From contig NC_068982.1 of assembly GCF_001194135.2 (NCBI RefSeq), positions 4,816,031-4,879,957 of the forward strand: DNA of 63,927 nt. Reading direction: 5' to 3'. A program made the position numbers and the translations under genes. Positions 37,933-49,927 of the stretch are shown one piece after another. Numbering within the stretch: position 1 is the first letter of the stretch; every line of letters begins with the position of its first letter. The notes below the pieces were generated by a model, which was not told the DNA's origin, ran no database searches, and was given only the letters and a program-made list of their open reading frames with translations. The DNA is from Octopus bimaculoides (taxonomy: Eukaryota).

Positions 37933-39150
37933 AAGAGAAGGGAAGAGAGAATCATGCCAAGATATATGAAGATCTTTGACAGAGGAAATTCTGGAGAATA
38001 CACTTATATACAAGACACACCAAACATTCACTCACACACACCCACAGAAGCACATTGCATACTTGTGCACACATACAGAAATGTAACAATAACAATGAAA
38101 AAAAATAAATAACAACAAGAACAACAGTATTTAAGAATCCATGCTATTGTCTGACTCTGCATAAAGCGAAACCGAAAGAAAATTGAAAAGTAATTGATAT
38201 AGGACGTAGCAATAGTTGCAGATGTAAGAAATAACTACAACCATTCTCTAATGTGTTTGTGGTGTTGTGTTTATGCATTAGCTACAGTGAGAAAGAATGT
38301 TGTGGTTGATTAGAGTAAGAAAGGCAAAAAAAAAAGAAAAGATAGGTGGGGAGTGGGGAGTGGGGTTAAAAGAAAGAAATTCCAAGAGAAGAGTAGCACA
38401 AGAACAGGAGAAAAAGGAGGCCAGGTTAAAACCTTTTGTTTAATTTTTTTTTTTCTTTTATTTAGAATTACAAAAAGAAGCTGTAAAGGTAAGTCCATTT
38501 AGCTGAAAGGACACAGGAAAAGATAGGCTTAATTTTAGAAGGGATGAAATAGAAAAGAGAAGTAAAATTAGTGAAAGATAGATGGAGGTAGATAAATAGA
38601 TAGAGAAAATGGAACAAAGATGTAAGTAGTGGTAAATAGAGATTTAAAAAGAAAAAAGCATAATTTGGAAAGGTAAAAAGCGATACAGATGGAAACAATA
38701 CATAAAAGTATTGGCTGAGGAAGCAATGGCAGTGATGTTTACGACATTGCTATAAAGTTTGGCTGAGATGCTGAACATTTCCTTATGGAAACTCCTGTGA
38801 GGATGCAACCATAAAATAACCATGGTTACAATATCAGAAATTTTACAAAAAAAGACCCCTTGTCTTTAATTCTTCATTTCAAATTCATCATTTGGTTAAA
38901 TTGTTCTCGCTTTCAGTATGTTTTTCATCTCACTTTTTTTTTCACTGTATCTTTTAATTATTTTTCCCTTGGTCTTCTTCTTTGTTTGATTTCTTTATAA
39001 AGTTATATTGTATTTCTTAGAACTGTTTCTTATGTGTTTTATTGTTAGTTGAGATTCTGGTAGAGTGAAGAATATAAAATAAAATAACAGCGCTTTATGG
39101 GCAGAGTCCAATGAAGGTGACAACGCTTGATTCGTCACGCGGGACATACA

Positions 39151-39252
39151 TCAGAGTCGACCCCCATCGTAAAGAGTCAGAGCTTGAATAATCGTTGGAT
39201 CCTTCTTAGAGCCCTCAAGGAACTCATCAAATGTTAAGCGGTCATCCTTGTT
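39151..39252 (-). CDS. NCS1: NCS-1/frequenin-like last coding exon ([33 protein letters not shown])
   Basis: Polypyrimidine tract plus cttcctag acceptor. Completes the EF4 loop [26 protein letters not shown] matches the NCS-1 C-terminus. TGA stop at 39153-39151. The preceding intron is 39253-56106 (about 16.9 kb). Confidence 0.96.
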   Translation of the reverse strand, partial: NKDDRLTFDEFLEGSKKDPTIIQALTLYDGGRL

Positions 39253-39395
39253 CTAGGAAGAAAAAAAACAAACAAACAAAAAGATTGAATTAAGTCAAAG
39301 AATAAAACAAACTGAAACCAAAATTCTAAAAAGAAAGTAAAGAAAAAACATGGAATCTATTATTTTTAACATAATTCATGTAATTTTTGTTCAGA

Positions 39396-39648
39396 CCTTT
39401 ATTGTTTAAGCTGGCCACATTAGGCCCCAAACATTTTACCTCTTATGGTCAAACCAGCCAGATCTGGCTTCTCACAACTACCAACAATGTCATTCTAAAA
39501 ATAAACAATCATATTGAAATCTCAGAAACTATGAGATAATGCAGGATTAATTAAAAATAATGTTGAATAAGCATTATATTTGACACAGTAATTGTTGTCA
39601 TCATCGTTGTTGTCATCACCATCATCATCCTGAATGCTAAAGAATTAA
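39396..39648. mobile_element. degenerate TTAA-type MITE with internal (CAT)n/(GTT)n insertion
   Basis: Shares acaatgtcattctaaaaataaacaatca and the gaatgctaaag end with 30283-30500 and 41007-41219. Confidence 0.6.
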
Positions 39649-39699
39649 ATGGAAAACTAAAGTGATTATAAAGTAACTGTCTTTGTGACAAATGTTTTG

Positions 39700-40190
39700 C
39701 AAATACTCATTTGACTGAGGACTGGTGAACCAGATGGCTGCACCAGGCTCCAATCTGATCTGGCAGTTTCTACAGCTGGATGCCCTTCCTAACGCCAACC
39801 ACTCAGAGAGTGTAGTGGGTGCTTTTACATGTCACCTGCACAAAGGCCAGTCAGGCGGTACTGGCAATGGCCATGCTCAAAATAGTGTATTTTACGTGCC
39901 ACCTGCACAGGAGCCAGTCCAGAGGTACTGGCAACGACCTCGCTCGAATGTTTTTTCACATGCTAGTAAGGCGACACTGGTATTGATCACGCTCAAATGG
40001 TGCTATTTACGTGCCACTGGCACGGAAGCCAGACAGCTGCTCTGGCAATGATCATGCTCTTAGCGCTCCACTGGTACAGGTGCCAACACGATTTCGATTT
40101 CACTTGCCCCAACAGGTCTTCGCAAGCCAAGTTTAGTGTCCAATGAAGGAGAGGTTGGCATGGGTGCCAATCATCCAACAGATGAATTTT
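39700..40190 (-). mobile_element. RTE-type LINE 3'UTR fragment (family C)
   Basis: ctacagctggatgcccttcctaacgccaaccactc, several ttttac.tgccac repeats, and cacttgccccaacaggtcttc. Confidence 0.75.
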
Positions 40191-41006
40191 ATGGGATTGT
40201 TGCCTATATACACATAATTTACAGATTTCTACAAACATCACAATATAAAAATTTACAAATATCTCTAAAACATTAAAGTGTTGTTGAGTCAGTACTCTGA
40301 GATTTTATCCAAAAACTTGGATTGCCAACTCACCGGAGAGGATAACAGTCTCCTACAGATGATATTTCCTTATAATCCACATAATCTGATTGAATCTATT
40401 CATGACATTGAGGTAAACTGAGGTAGGTGGAAATTAATGTACTGACACAATAAAATACCTGCAGTGAAATTAAATGAACTTGTTTTGGCTGAAGCAGGCA
40501 TTAGTTTCGATGGTGGTGCCTCAGAATTGTAACTGCTGGAACTAGTAAAACAGCTTACTAATACATATATTTACAATAAATATTCTTTCCAATAACCCAT
40601 CCTGGCATGGTGGTATTACAACAGATAAAATAGAATAATAGTCCAAGTAATTCTATTATTGCTCAAGCTTACACAAAAAACATTTACCCACAAACTCCCA
40701 AGTAATTACACAATGCTCTTACTTCATGCAAAGCATAAGAGATTTCTTTTTAGCAACAAGGTACCCTGAGACAGTAACAGTACAATGCCAATGATGACAT
40801 ACAGGAAATTGATGTCTTGGCCAGCTGCCTAACTAATCAGTTACGATTATCAAGAAAATAAACATGCTTGTAAATTATCTGAGAAAACCTATCTCAATAT
40901 CTCTATCAACACACATCTAAAACAATTAAATAATGAGATAATTCAGGAATGTCTCTTCATAGCTATTTGATCTGTTAGAAATAGCAGCCAAACCTCATTG
41001 CATTAA

Positions 41007-41219
41007 CCCTTTAACATTTAATCTGATATCTGCCCAAATATTCTGTTTTATGTTCAAACTGGCCAAATCCGGCCTCTCAAACCTACCCTACAATGTCATT
41101 TCTAAAAATAAACAATCACATTATTGAAATCCCAAAGTTACAAGATAACAAATGATTAACTCAAAACCATTTGAACAAATAAGTATCACATTTGACAGAG
41201 TGATCTGAATGCGAAAGGG
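41007..41219. mobile_element. TTAA-flanked (piggyBac-type) MITE, 213 bp
   Basis: TTAA|CCCTTTAACATT ... AATGCGAAAGGG|TTAA. TTAA at 41003-41006 and 41220-41223. Confidence 0.8.
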
Positions 41220-41475
41220 TTAAGAGAAGGGACACATTTGAGCAATGTAACTTAGGTAGACAATGCCTAGAAAATAACAGTAAGAAGATCACAGATCAAG
41301 TGCCTTGGGTCAGAGGTCTGCTTAACCAGAGCCAACTTGGTCAGTGGGGTTCTAAGTAACAATAACCGAAAATCAAATCAAAAAGGAACAGACTGCAAGA
41401 CAAATTTCTCTCGAATCAAAACTATTTACAATCCTAAGTTTATTAAACTGCTATGTCTACCCTGTGTTAATGTAT

Positions 41476-41845
41476 GGAAGTGAGGCAAGGTCTATAACAT
41501 CAGGAATGAAAAGGTGCTTGGAGAGCTGTGAAATGTGGTTCATAAGGAGAATGTTGAGGAGAACATGGACAAAGTGTCTAATGAGGAAGTGATGACATGG
41601 GATGCCATAAATAGGAAATTACTTTGAGAGATGAGGGCCAAGCAACTGAGATTTTTTGGTCATGTGATGAGGAGGGGGAATTTAGCAATGATCGGAAAGT
41701 TTGAAGGGAAAAGAAGCAGAGAATGAAGAATTGATTGGAAGAAAAGCAGCAGTAAACAACAGGAAGTGGAACTGCTACAGAAAACAAAGAATTGTGGTAG
41801 GACATGATTGCCTATGTCCTACATTCTGGACATGGCACCTAAAAG
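41476..41845 (+). mobile_element. RTE/BovB-like LINE 3' remnant
   Basis: GSEARSITSGMKRCLESCEMWFIRRMLRRTWT..VSNEEV...QLRFFGHVMRR...GKFEGKRSR, with frameshifts and stops. Confidence 0.8.
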
Positions 41846-42760
41846 ATACATGCACACATTGCAATTCTGCTCCATAGACTTTCTACTAAGAAAATTAAAG
41901 CTTAACTGAGTCAATGGAAATTTGTAAGCTGATAAAAAAATCTCTGGATGATCATGTGACCTGTAGCAACCAAATCTATTATCTTAAAGCAAAATGTTGG
42001 AAAATATAGTCCTGGGTTTCCTGCACATAGAAAAAGATGAAATGGTCATAGTTGGTGGCCTTTAACATACAGGGAGCAGCAGAAATACCCCCCTACATTT
42101 TAAACTTTCATTTATGTGTTGCTAATGAACTTATGCAAGTACCAATGATGTTTTCATTTAGCTAATGAACAAAAACTAACCCTTTGTTTAAACATCAGTC
42201 AAATTAATTTTTCATAAATGTGGTTTCTTTTTCTTTTTGTCAACCTTCCAAATGTGGAAGGTATTTCTGCCACACCCTGTACGTCTAAGCAGGGTTGGTC
42301 ATAGGTTCAACAGCAACAACTGGAAAAGAACCTGTTCTGATGCCACATGAAAAGCACCCTGTACACTCTGTAAAATGGTAGGCATTAGGAAGGGCATCCG
42401 GCCATAGGAACCATGCGAAAGCAGACATATGGAGCTTGATGCAGCCCTCCAGCCTTGTCAGCTCCTGTCAAACCATCCAACCCATGCCAGCATGGAAAGC
42501 AGACGTTAAATGATGATGATGATGCTCACTTGCAATGTAGCGTGTCATCACAGAACTTCTTACCATTTCTTAATTTCAAAAAATCTTATTCATTAAAACA
42601 TCATCTGATGGATGTCAAATCAGCTAAAAATCTTTAATTGGCGGTAACATGATTAATAAAGAAACTTATTTTAATGTACATGTATAATGTAGGCATACAC
42701 GCACATATATATATGCATTTATATACATATATATACATGAATACACACACATCTATATAT

Positions 42761-42791
<31 letters not shown>

Positions 42792-42889
42792 CATATATAT
42801 ACACACATATATATACATATATATATAGATAAATGTGTATATATATAGATACATAGATAAATGTATAAAAATATACATAGATAGATAAA

Positions 42890-42939
<50 letters not shown>

Positions 42940-43009
42940 TAAATGTACATATTTATATAGATAGATAAATGATATATATACTCTTTTACTCATATAGATG
43001 TATATATTT

Positions 43010-43247
43010 ATCATCATCATCATCGTTTAACGTCCGCTTTCCATGCTAGCATGGGTTGGACGATTTGACTGACGACTGGTGAAACCGGATGGCAACACCA
43101 GGCTCCAGTCTGATTTGGCAGAGTTTCTACAGCTGGATGCCCTTCCTAACGCCAACCACTCAGAGAGTGTAGTGGGTGCTTTTACGTGTCACCCGCACGA
43201 AAACGGCCACGCTCGAAATGGTGTCTTTTATGTGCCACCCGCACAAG
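43010..43247 (-). mobile_element. young RTE-type 3'UTR copy (family C), truncated by a gap
   Basis: About 5 differences in about 215 nt from the copy at 63691-63927. Confidence 0.85.
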
Positions 43248-43893
43248 NNNNNNNNNNNNNNNNNNNNNNNNNNNNNNNNNNNNNNNNNNNNNNNNNNNNN
43301 NNNNNNNNNNNNNNNNNNNNNNNNNNNNNNNNNNNNNNNNNNNNNNNNNNNNNNNNNNNNNNNNNNNNNNNNNNNNNNNNNNNNNNNNNNNNNNNNNNNN
43401 NNNNNNNNNNNNNNNNNNNNNNNNNNNNNNNNNNNNNNNNNNNNNNNNNNNNNNNNNNNNNNNNNNNNNNNNNNNNNNNNNNNNNNNNNNNNNNNNNNNN
43501 NNNNNNNNNNNNNNNNNNNNNNNNNNNNNNNNNNNNNNNNNNNNNNNNNNNNNNNNNNNNNNNNNNNNNNNNNNNNNNNNNNNNNNNNNNNNNNNNNNNN
43601 NNNNNNNNNNNNNNNNNNNNNNNNNNNNNNNNNNNNNNNNNNNNNNNNNNNNNNNNNNNNNNNNNNNNNNNNNNNNNNNNNNNNNNNNNNNNNNNNNNNN
43701 NNNNNNNNNNNNNNNNNNNNNNNNNNNNNNNNNNNNNNNNNNNNNNNNNNNNNNNNNNNNNNNNNNNNNNNNNNNNNNNNNNNNNNNNNNNNNNNNNNNN
43801 NNNNNNNNNNNNNNNNNNNNNNNNNNNNNNNNNNNNNNNNNNNNNNNNNNNNNNNNNNNNNNNNNNNNNNNNNNNNNNNNNNNNNNNNNNNNN

Positions 43894-43965
<72 letters not shown>

Positions 43966-45029
43966 TATTATAATTATATGTATAAAATGGAACATATTAT
44001 GCACGCATGATACCATATGTATATCAAATTGTTTCATATGCAATTAATTTATCTTCTAAGCACTTTGTCACAAATTAATTAATCAGTTAATTTATTGCTT
44101 CAGGAATTTACATAATATAATTGTTTTTGATATAGCTTAGCATTACCATCATCATTATCATAACCAAAATCCTCCTTCCCCTCCTCCCACCTCTTCATAA
44201 GCAACAGCAGCAGCGTTTTTAACATTTATTTCTTCCATAATGAGTTCTAGATATGAAAAACATGAATGTAGCGATTATACAATCATTATTTAACAATTTA
44301 TAAGTTAAAAATAAAAATATTTCTCATGAACAAGATGTGTTTGAATAAGTGTTTGGGGTGCCCCTATGGCATAATGGGGAACTTTTGGCAAAGTTTAGTC
44401 CATAATGCTGGGTTGATTCCCAGTTGAGAAATTTCAATTCACTTACTAACCGTTATGATTTCCAGCTGTATTTAACATCTTAGAGGGAGAAGGATCTGTT
44501 CTGCCAATCTGTCTTTCTATTAACAAAGTCGATTGAATCACAAAGGTCAGCCAATAATCAGTTAAAAGTTATGAGGTGTCTCATTATGTATTTGAATAGA
44601 TTTACAATTGATAGAATGGTCTATTAAATTAATATGCCAATGTTGGTATCATAAGATGTTTATAGACAAGAAGTGAAATATATGTAGTTGTAGATAAAGA
44701 GCATAGGAAAGTATAACACACCACTATAACAAACAGAAATAGCAAAATCTTCTCTTATCAAACAGACCTATTATCAAAGACATTACAGATATGACCATCC
44801 ACTCATTTTTTCATTCCAGAAATAGTGTCTCTAAATCTACATTATCCAATATGTCCTTCCCTTTTTATGATTACAGGATGTCATTTGAGAGAGATTTTGC
44901 TGTTAAATCTAGCAGGTGAAACCATAAGTGCAGGAACAAAATTTGTTTAGTGGCTGCAAACACAGGTCCAAAATGTTTCACACACTTAATATCAAAATAA
45001 ACACAGGTATAATAATAATAATAATAATA

Positions 45030-45570
45030 TGCAGTATCAGGCAGTAGCTCTCATGGCTTCTGATCTTAACTGATTGGAAGTGTTAGCATGTATATTGTTT
45101 TGTCTTGGTATAAAAGATGGGCTATAGTAAATATTCTGCTTAATACCACAGAGTTGCTTGTCAGTTGTTTGACCTTAACCAGTTGAGCATGTCCCTTGGT
45201 GGCTGACGATATGTGCATCTCTGATCATGAGCAGAAGTAGTGGGGGAGCATCATAGCCATGTGTTGAGAAGAATTCTTTGGGGTTTGAATAATTCACATC
45301 TGGAAACATGGGTGTTTTGCTCAACATCCTTATTCAGCAACCTTTTGAACGGGATGGGCTACTAGACCTGAAGAAAATTCTAACTGGGTCCCACCTGCAA
45401 GGTCATGCGCTGTTTATCTTGATATGAGACCACTATGTCGCACACATATGGTTGTGATGCACGTGCCTGGTGTACCCTCATCAGACGAGTAGTCATGATA
45501 GGTATACTGGGCTTCGTATATTTGTACCCTAGTGTCACTCTGATGCCATGCGCTGCTCTCTCACTCAATA
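45030..45570. repeat. unclassified interspersed repeat flanked by (AAT)n
   Basis: Non-low-complexity block of about 540 bp bounded by AAT runs on both sides, no intact ORF. Repeat status is from recall, not from a second copy in this window. Confidence 0.35.
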
Positions 45571-46129
45571 ATAATGGTTTCAAATTTTGGCACAAGGCCA
45601 GCAAATTTAGAGGGAGGGGAAAGTCAATTACATCAGCCCCAGTGCTCAACTGAGAATTACTTTATTGACCCAGAAGGGATGAAAGGGAAATGTGACCTTG
45701 GTGGGATTTTGAACTCAGAATGTAAAGACAAGCAAATATTCTGCTAAGCATTTTATCCGGTATGTTAACAATTCTGCCAGTTTGTCACTTTAATAATAAT
45801 AGAGAAGCATTTAGCTGCAACAATCTCAACAGTCTAGTCATGTCTCAAAACCATAGATAACATAGCAATGTGCTTCTATGATCTATGCTCAGAATAGATT
45901 AAATAATTGGTACTTTTAAATCACCACTCCTGATTGACTGAGAATATATGCAGCATCTAATAAACATTATCATTACAGCTAGCTGATAGAAAATTGCACT
46001 TGTATGGGGAAGCTGTGTGTGTATAAACTGATAAGATAATATCTAGCTACAGTTGTATCAATCAGTTTCGTAGCAGAATTGAATTGATGCATAACATCAT
46101 CACCATGTAGTTGTTTATAACATCAATAT

Positions 46130-46525
46130 TCTTTTCTACACAAGGCCTGAAATTTTGGGGGAGGGGGCCAGTTGATTAAATTGACCCCAGTATGCAACTG
46201 GTATGTAATTTATCGACCTCGCGAGGATGAAAGACAAAGTCAACCTCGGCGGAATTTGAACTCAGAACGTAAAGTCATTTCGTTTGGTGTGCTAACGTTT
46301 CTGCCAACTCCCTGCCTTTAATTTAATACATATTCTTTTGTACTCTAGGTACAAGACCCGAAATTTGGGGGGAGGTGACCAGTTGGTACTGGTACTTAAT
46401 TTATCGACCCCAAAAGGATGAAAGGGAAAGTTGATCTTCGCGGAATCTGAACTCAGAACGTAAAGACAGTCAAAATACCGCTAAGCATTTTGCCTGGTGT
46501 GCTAATGTTTCTGCCAGCTCACCAC
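46130..46525 (-). mobile_element. two tandem family A tRNA-SINEs
   Basis: Two consecutive caaggcc.gaaattt.ggggg...atcgacc...ggcggaat.tgaactcagaacgtaaag...ctgccagctc units. Confidence 0.85.
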
Positions 46526-47217
46526 TTTACTATAACATCAATATTGATAGCATCTGAGTAGTGACCTGACTGACCAACTCAGTGTACTCAATCATTTACC
46601 AATGAGAGTGTGTTACTGTCTACTGTGATTTTCAGGTTCAGAGCAAGGTCTAGTAGATAAATCTCAAATCTACAAGTATATATGTTACATATATATACCT
46701 GTAATTCACCCAGGTCCATAAATCATATGTATAGTACACTGATTGTTAAAATTCTTAATGAGCAGTTTGAAACTGGGCTGATCTTTACATCTGTCTATTT
46801 GCAGATTTACATGGGTACAGTAGTAGACTGGCCAGACTGCCAGCTTGTCCAATGGCAAGTGGGCACCTGTGCCATTAGAACCCATATATGGGGGCCTATC
46901 CCCTCAAGTTTGAGAATTTTTTATTCACTCCTGGAAGAATGCATCAATTATTTCAGCCTGGCTGTGTTTGTAGACAGTTGGAAAGAACACTTTTAACAAA
47001 AATAAAATAAAATTATAGCATTGTAGTTGCGGGTGGGCCCCCACTAGTCTCCTGGCAACCAATATTTTGAGACCCAGTGTGCCAGTGGGTCTGTATATAA
47101 ACAACCAAAATACTTGAAGCAGGTGCTTCATCATGACTGCAGTCCAATGATTGAAGTCAGTAAAAGAGTAAAGAATAGAAAGAATATAGAAACAGAAGAT
47201 GCAATTCCTTGGCTGCC

Positions 47218-47253
<36 letters not shown>

Positions 47254-47920
47254 CAAACGTAATAAGTGAAAATAAAAGATCTAAACAGGATAATAGATAT
47301 GGAGAAATTGTTTCCTGTTTACATCAGACCAATTAGTTATAACAACAGTGCATGAGCCAACAGGACATGTAGACTGCCTCTGTGCTTTCCAGTACAGATT
47401 ACAGAATGCGTAATTTGGTCCTTTATGGAAAGATATAATGTTGGCAATGTAATTCTTGGAGAATGCCAATACAGAGAGGAAAACTGTTGTTTCAATATGG
47501 AATATAATTGAAATCATTATAAAAGATTTCCTTGTCTCTTTCTGTCTCTCATCAAATCATTCGTTCTCTTTTTCGAAGTATACATGATATAAGCATAAAC
47601 ATTTGTGTGTGTGTGAGTCAGTGTGTGTGTGTGTGTGTGAGTCTGTGGGTGTCTGTGTGCATGTGTGTAATATTCATTTGTCTCAGTCATTAGATGTATG
47701 TGTGCATGCATAACTTTTTCAGTCATTAAAGTGCAGCCATCTTGGGCCACTGCCTTGAAGAATTTTTAGTTGAAACAAATCAATCCGAGTGCTTATTTTC
47801 ATTTTTCTTTAAAGCCTCGTTATTACTTTATCAGTTTCTTTTGCCAAATCGCTAAGTTATGGGGATGTAAACACACTAACACCAGTTGCCAAGCAGTGGT
47901 GGAGGACAGACACATACATA

Positions 47921-47975
<55 letters not shown>

Positions 47976-48780
47976 GATAAGATTCTTTCAGTTTCCGTAT
48001 AACAAATTCACTCACAAGGCTTCAGTTGGCTTGGAGCCAGAGTAGAAAACCCCTGCCCAAGGTACTATACAATGGGAGTGAACCCAGGACCATGTGGTTG
48101 GGAAGCCAGTCTAGGCACATGTCTGGTAAGAGTTTGCTTTGCACCCACATAGTTCTGGGTTCAATCCCACTGCATGTCACCTTGGGTGAGTGCTTTCTAT
48201 TATAGCTGACCAAAGTCTTGTAAGCAGACTTTAGTTGACAAAAACTGTTGGCTTTTATATAAACTAAAATGTACCATCCTTCTTAAGGTTACCAATATTA
48301 AACAATTATAGAAATATACGTACCTCCCAATACCAACCAAAAAGTGTAACTCAAGACCCTCAAACTTTCAGATGCCCATACACCCACCTATGTCCATATG
48401 GACCAAACAGTCTTTTCTACTCTAGGCAAAAAGACTGAAATTTTGTTTTGGTGGGGGGCAGTCGATTAGATCGACCCCAGTACGCAACTGGTACTTAATT
48501 TGTCAACCCTGAAAGGATGAAAGGCAAAGTCAACCTCAGGGGAATTTGAACTCAGAATGTAAAGACCGATGAAATACTGCTAAGCATTTCGCCCGGCATG
48601 CTAATGTTTTTGCCAGCTCGCTGCCTTTCATAGACCAAACATTGAGATATAAATGCCCGTATATGTGCATATAATTCCACACACATGTGCACACACACAC
48701 ACACACACACACACATACTCTCATAGTCATACATCCATCTCTAATGAGAAATAAACAGATTTCCAATGTAAACATTTTTC

Positions 48781-48910
48781 CAGTTCTATATTTAAGAGAT
48801 GAGGAATTATGTACATTCTTTACATTTGATGAAGGCTGGAGGGTATATCAGCCAAAACATTGTGTTAGCAACAAACAAGATGAGGACAAATATCTGTCAA
48901 ATGTAAATAA
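48781..48910. mobile_element. palindromic hammerhead-containing element, copy 3 (collapsed)
   Basis: CAGTTCTATATTTAAGAGATGAGG left end joined at TGA to right-arm tgaaggctgg. 11-bp TSD AAACATTTTTC (48770-48780 / 48910-48920). Hammerhead core disrupted. Confidence 0.85.
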
Positions 48911-49369
48911 AACATTTTTCTTCTAATTTATAGTAAAAAGTGCGTGCGTGTCGTATCAAATTCCTTGTGTATTGTCTTTATACATCTGTTTGTCTATGCT
49001 TCAGTAGTTTTGTGTGTGTGTGTATCTGAGTGTGTACCTTGGTCTATATGCAACATTTGTATGCTTCTCATACTTCCCAACCAGATCTTACAACCAACAA
49101 CAAAGAAATAATTCTTGCCATGCCCACCCCTTCAACTAATCCCTTCACCCAGCAACTCGGGGCCAAACCAAGACAATTCCCCACAGTTGAAATATGACTC
49201 AAAGCATTCTTCAGGGCATCACATTACTTCAAATAGACAAAAATTGCTCCGAAACCTTTCAAAAATTGAAAGATCAAACTAAGAGTCACTGTTATTCTTT
49301 TGTGTTTTAGCCTAAATACTGTGGCCATACTGGAGCATTTTCAATATGTTGGGCCTCACAAAGGCAATG

Positions 49370-49927
49370 ACAAAAGACAGACCTCTGGAGGTTGCTGTGA
49401 CTGAGAAGACCTGGCAAATAAAGTGAGTCCACAGGTGTAACCTACACCAGTGTCGCATAACCAGCCCACTCAAAAGTACCTTGGATTGTAGGGTGACATG
49501 CCATGCTTGAGGAGACCCATTGAGTCAAGTACATCAACATCAGCAAAATCAAATGAAATGGAAATTGTAGTTGTGACTCCCGTGCCGGTAGCATGTAAAA
49601 ATCACCATCCGAACGTGTCCGATGCCAGTGCCACTTTGACTGGCTTCTGTGCTAGTGGCACTTTGACTGGCTTCTGTGCCGGTGGCACGTAAAAAGCACC
49701 ATCCGATCGTGGTCGATGCCAGCTGCTCTGGCTCCTGTGCAGGTGGCATGTAAAATGCACCCACTATACTCCTGGAGTGGTTGGCGTTAGGAAGGGCATC
49801 CAGCTGTAGAAACACTGCCAGATCACACTGGGGCCTGGTGCAGCCTCCTGGCTTCCCAGACCCCAGTCGAACCATCCAACGCATGCCAGCATGGAAAACG
49901 GACGTTAAACAATGATGATGATGATGA
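49370..49927 (+). mobile_element. RTE LINE 3' end: last codons plus 3'UTR with hairpin repeats and (GAT)n tail
   Basis: ...DLWRLL/AVTEKTWQIK* remnant, then GTGCC-NNN-GGCAC repeats and the family C terminus catggaaaacggacgttaaacaatgatgatg. Confidence 0.7.

Noticed and set aside
38345-38366. G-rich GGTGGGGAGTGGGGAGTGGGG as a G-quadruplex
   Set aside because: Only three long G-runs, and it is on the strand antisense to NCS-1. Weak support.
45470-45500. Minus-strand CTGATGAG as another hammerhead
   Set aside because: No GAAA follows a stem II, so the core is incomplete.
46818-47087. Possible Harbinger-like MITE (CAGTAGTAGACTGG ... CCAGTGTGCCAGTG)
   Set aside because: TIR match is only 10/14 and there is no TSD.
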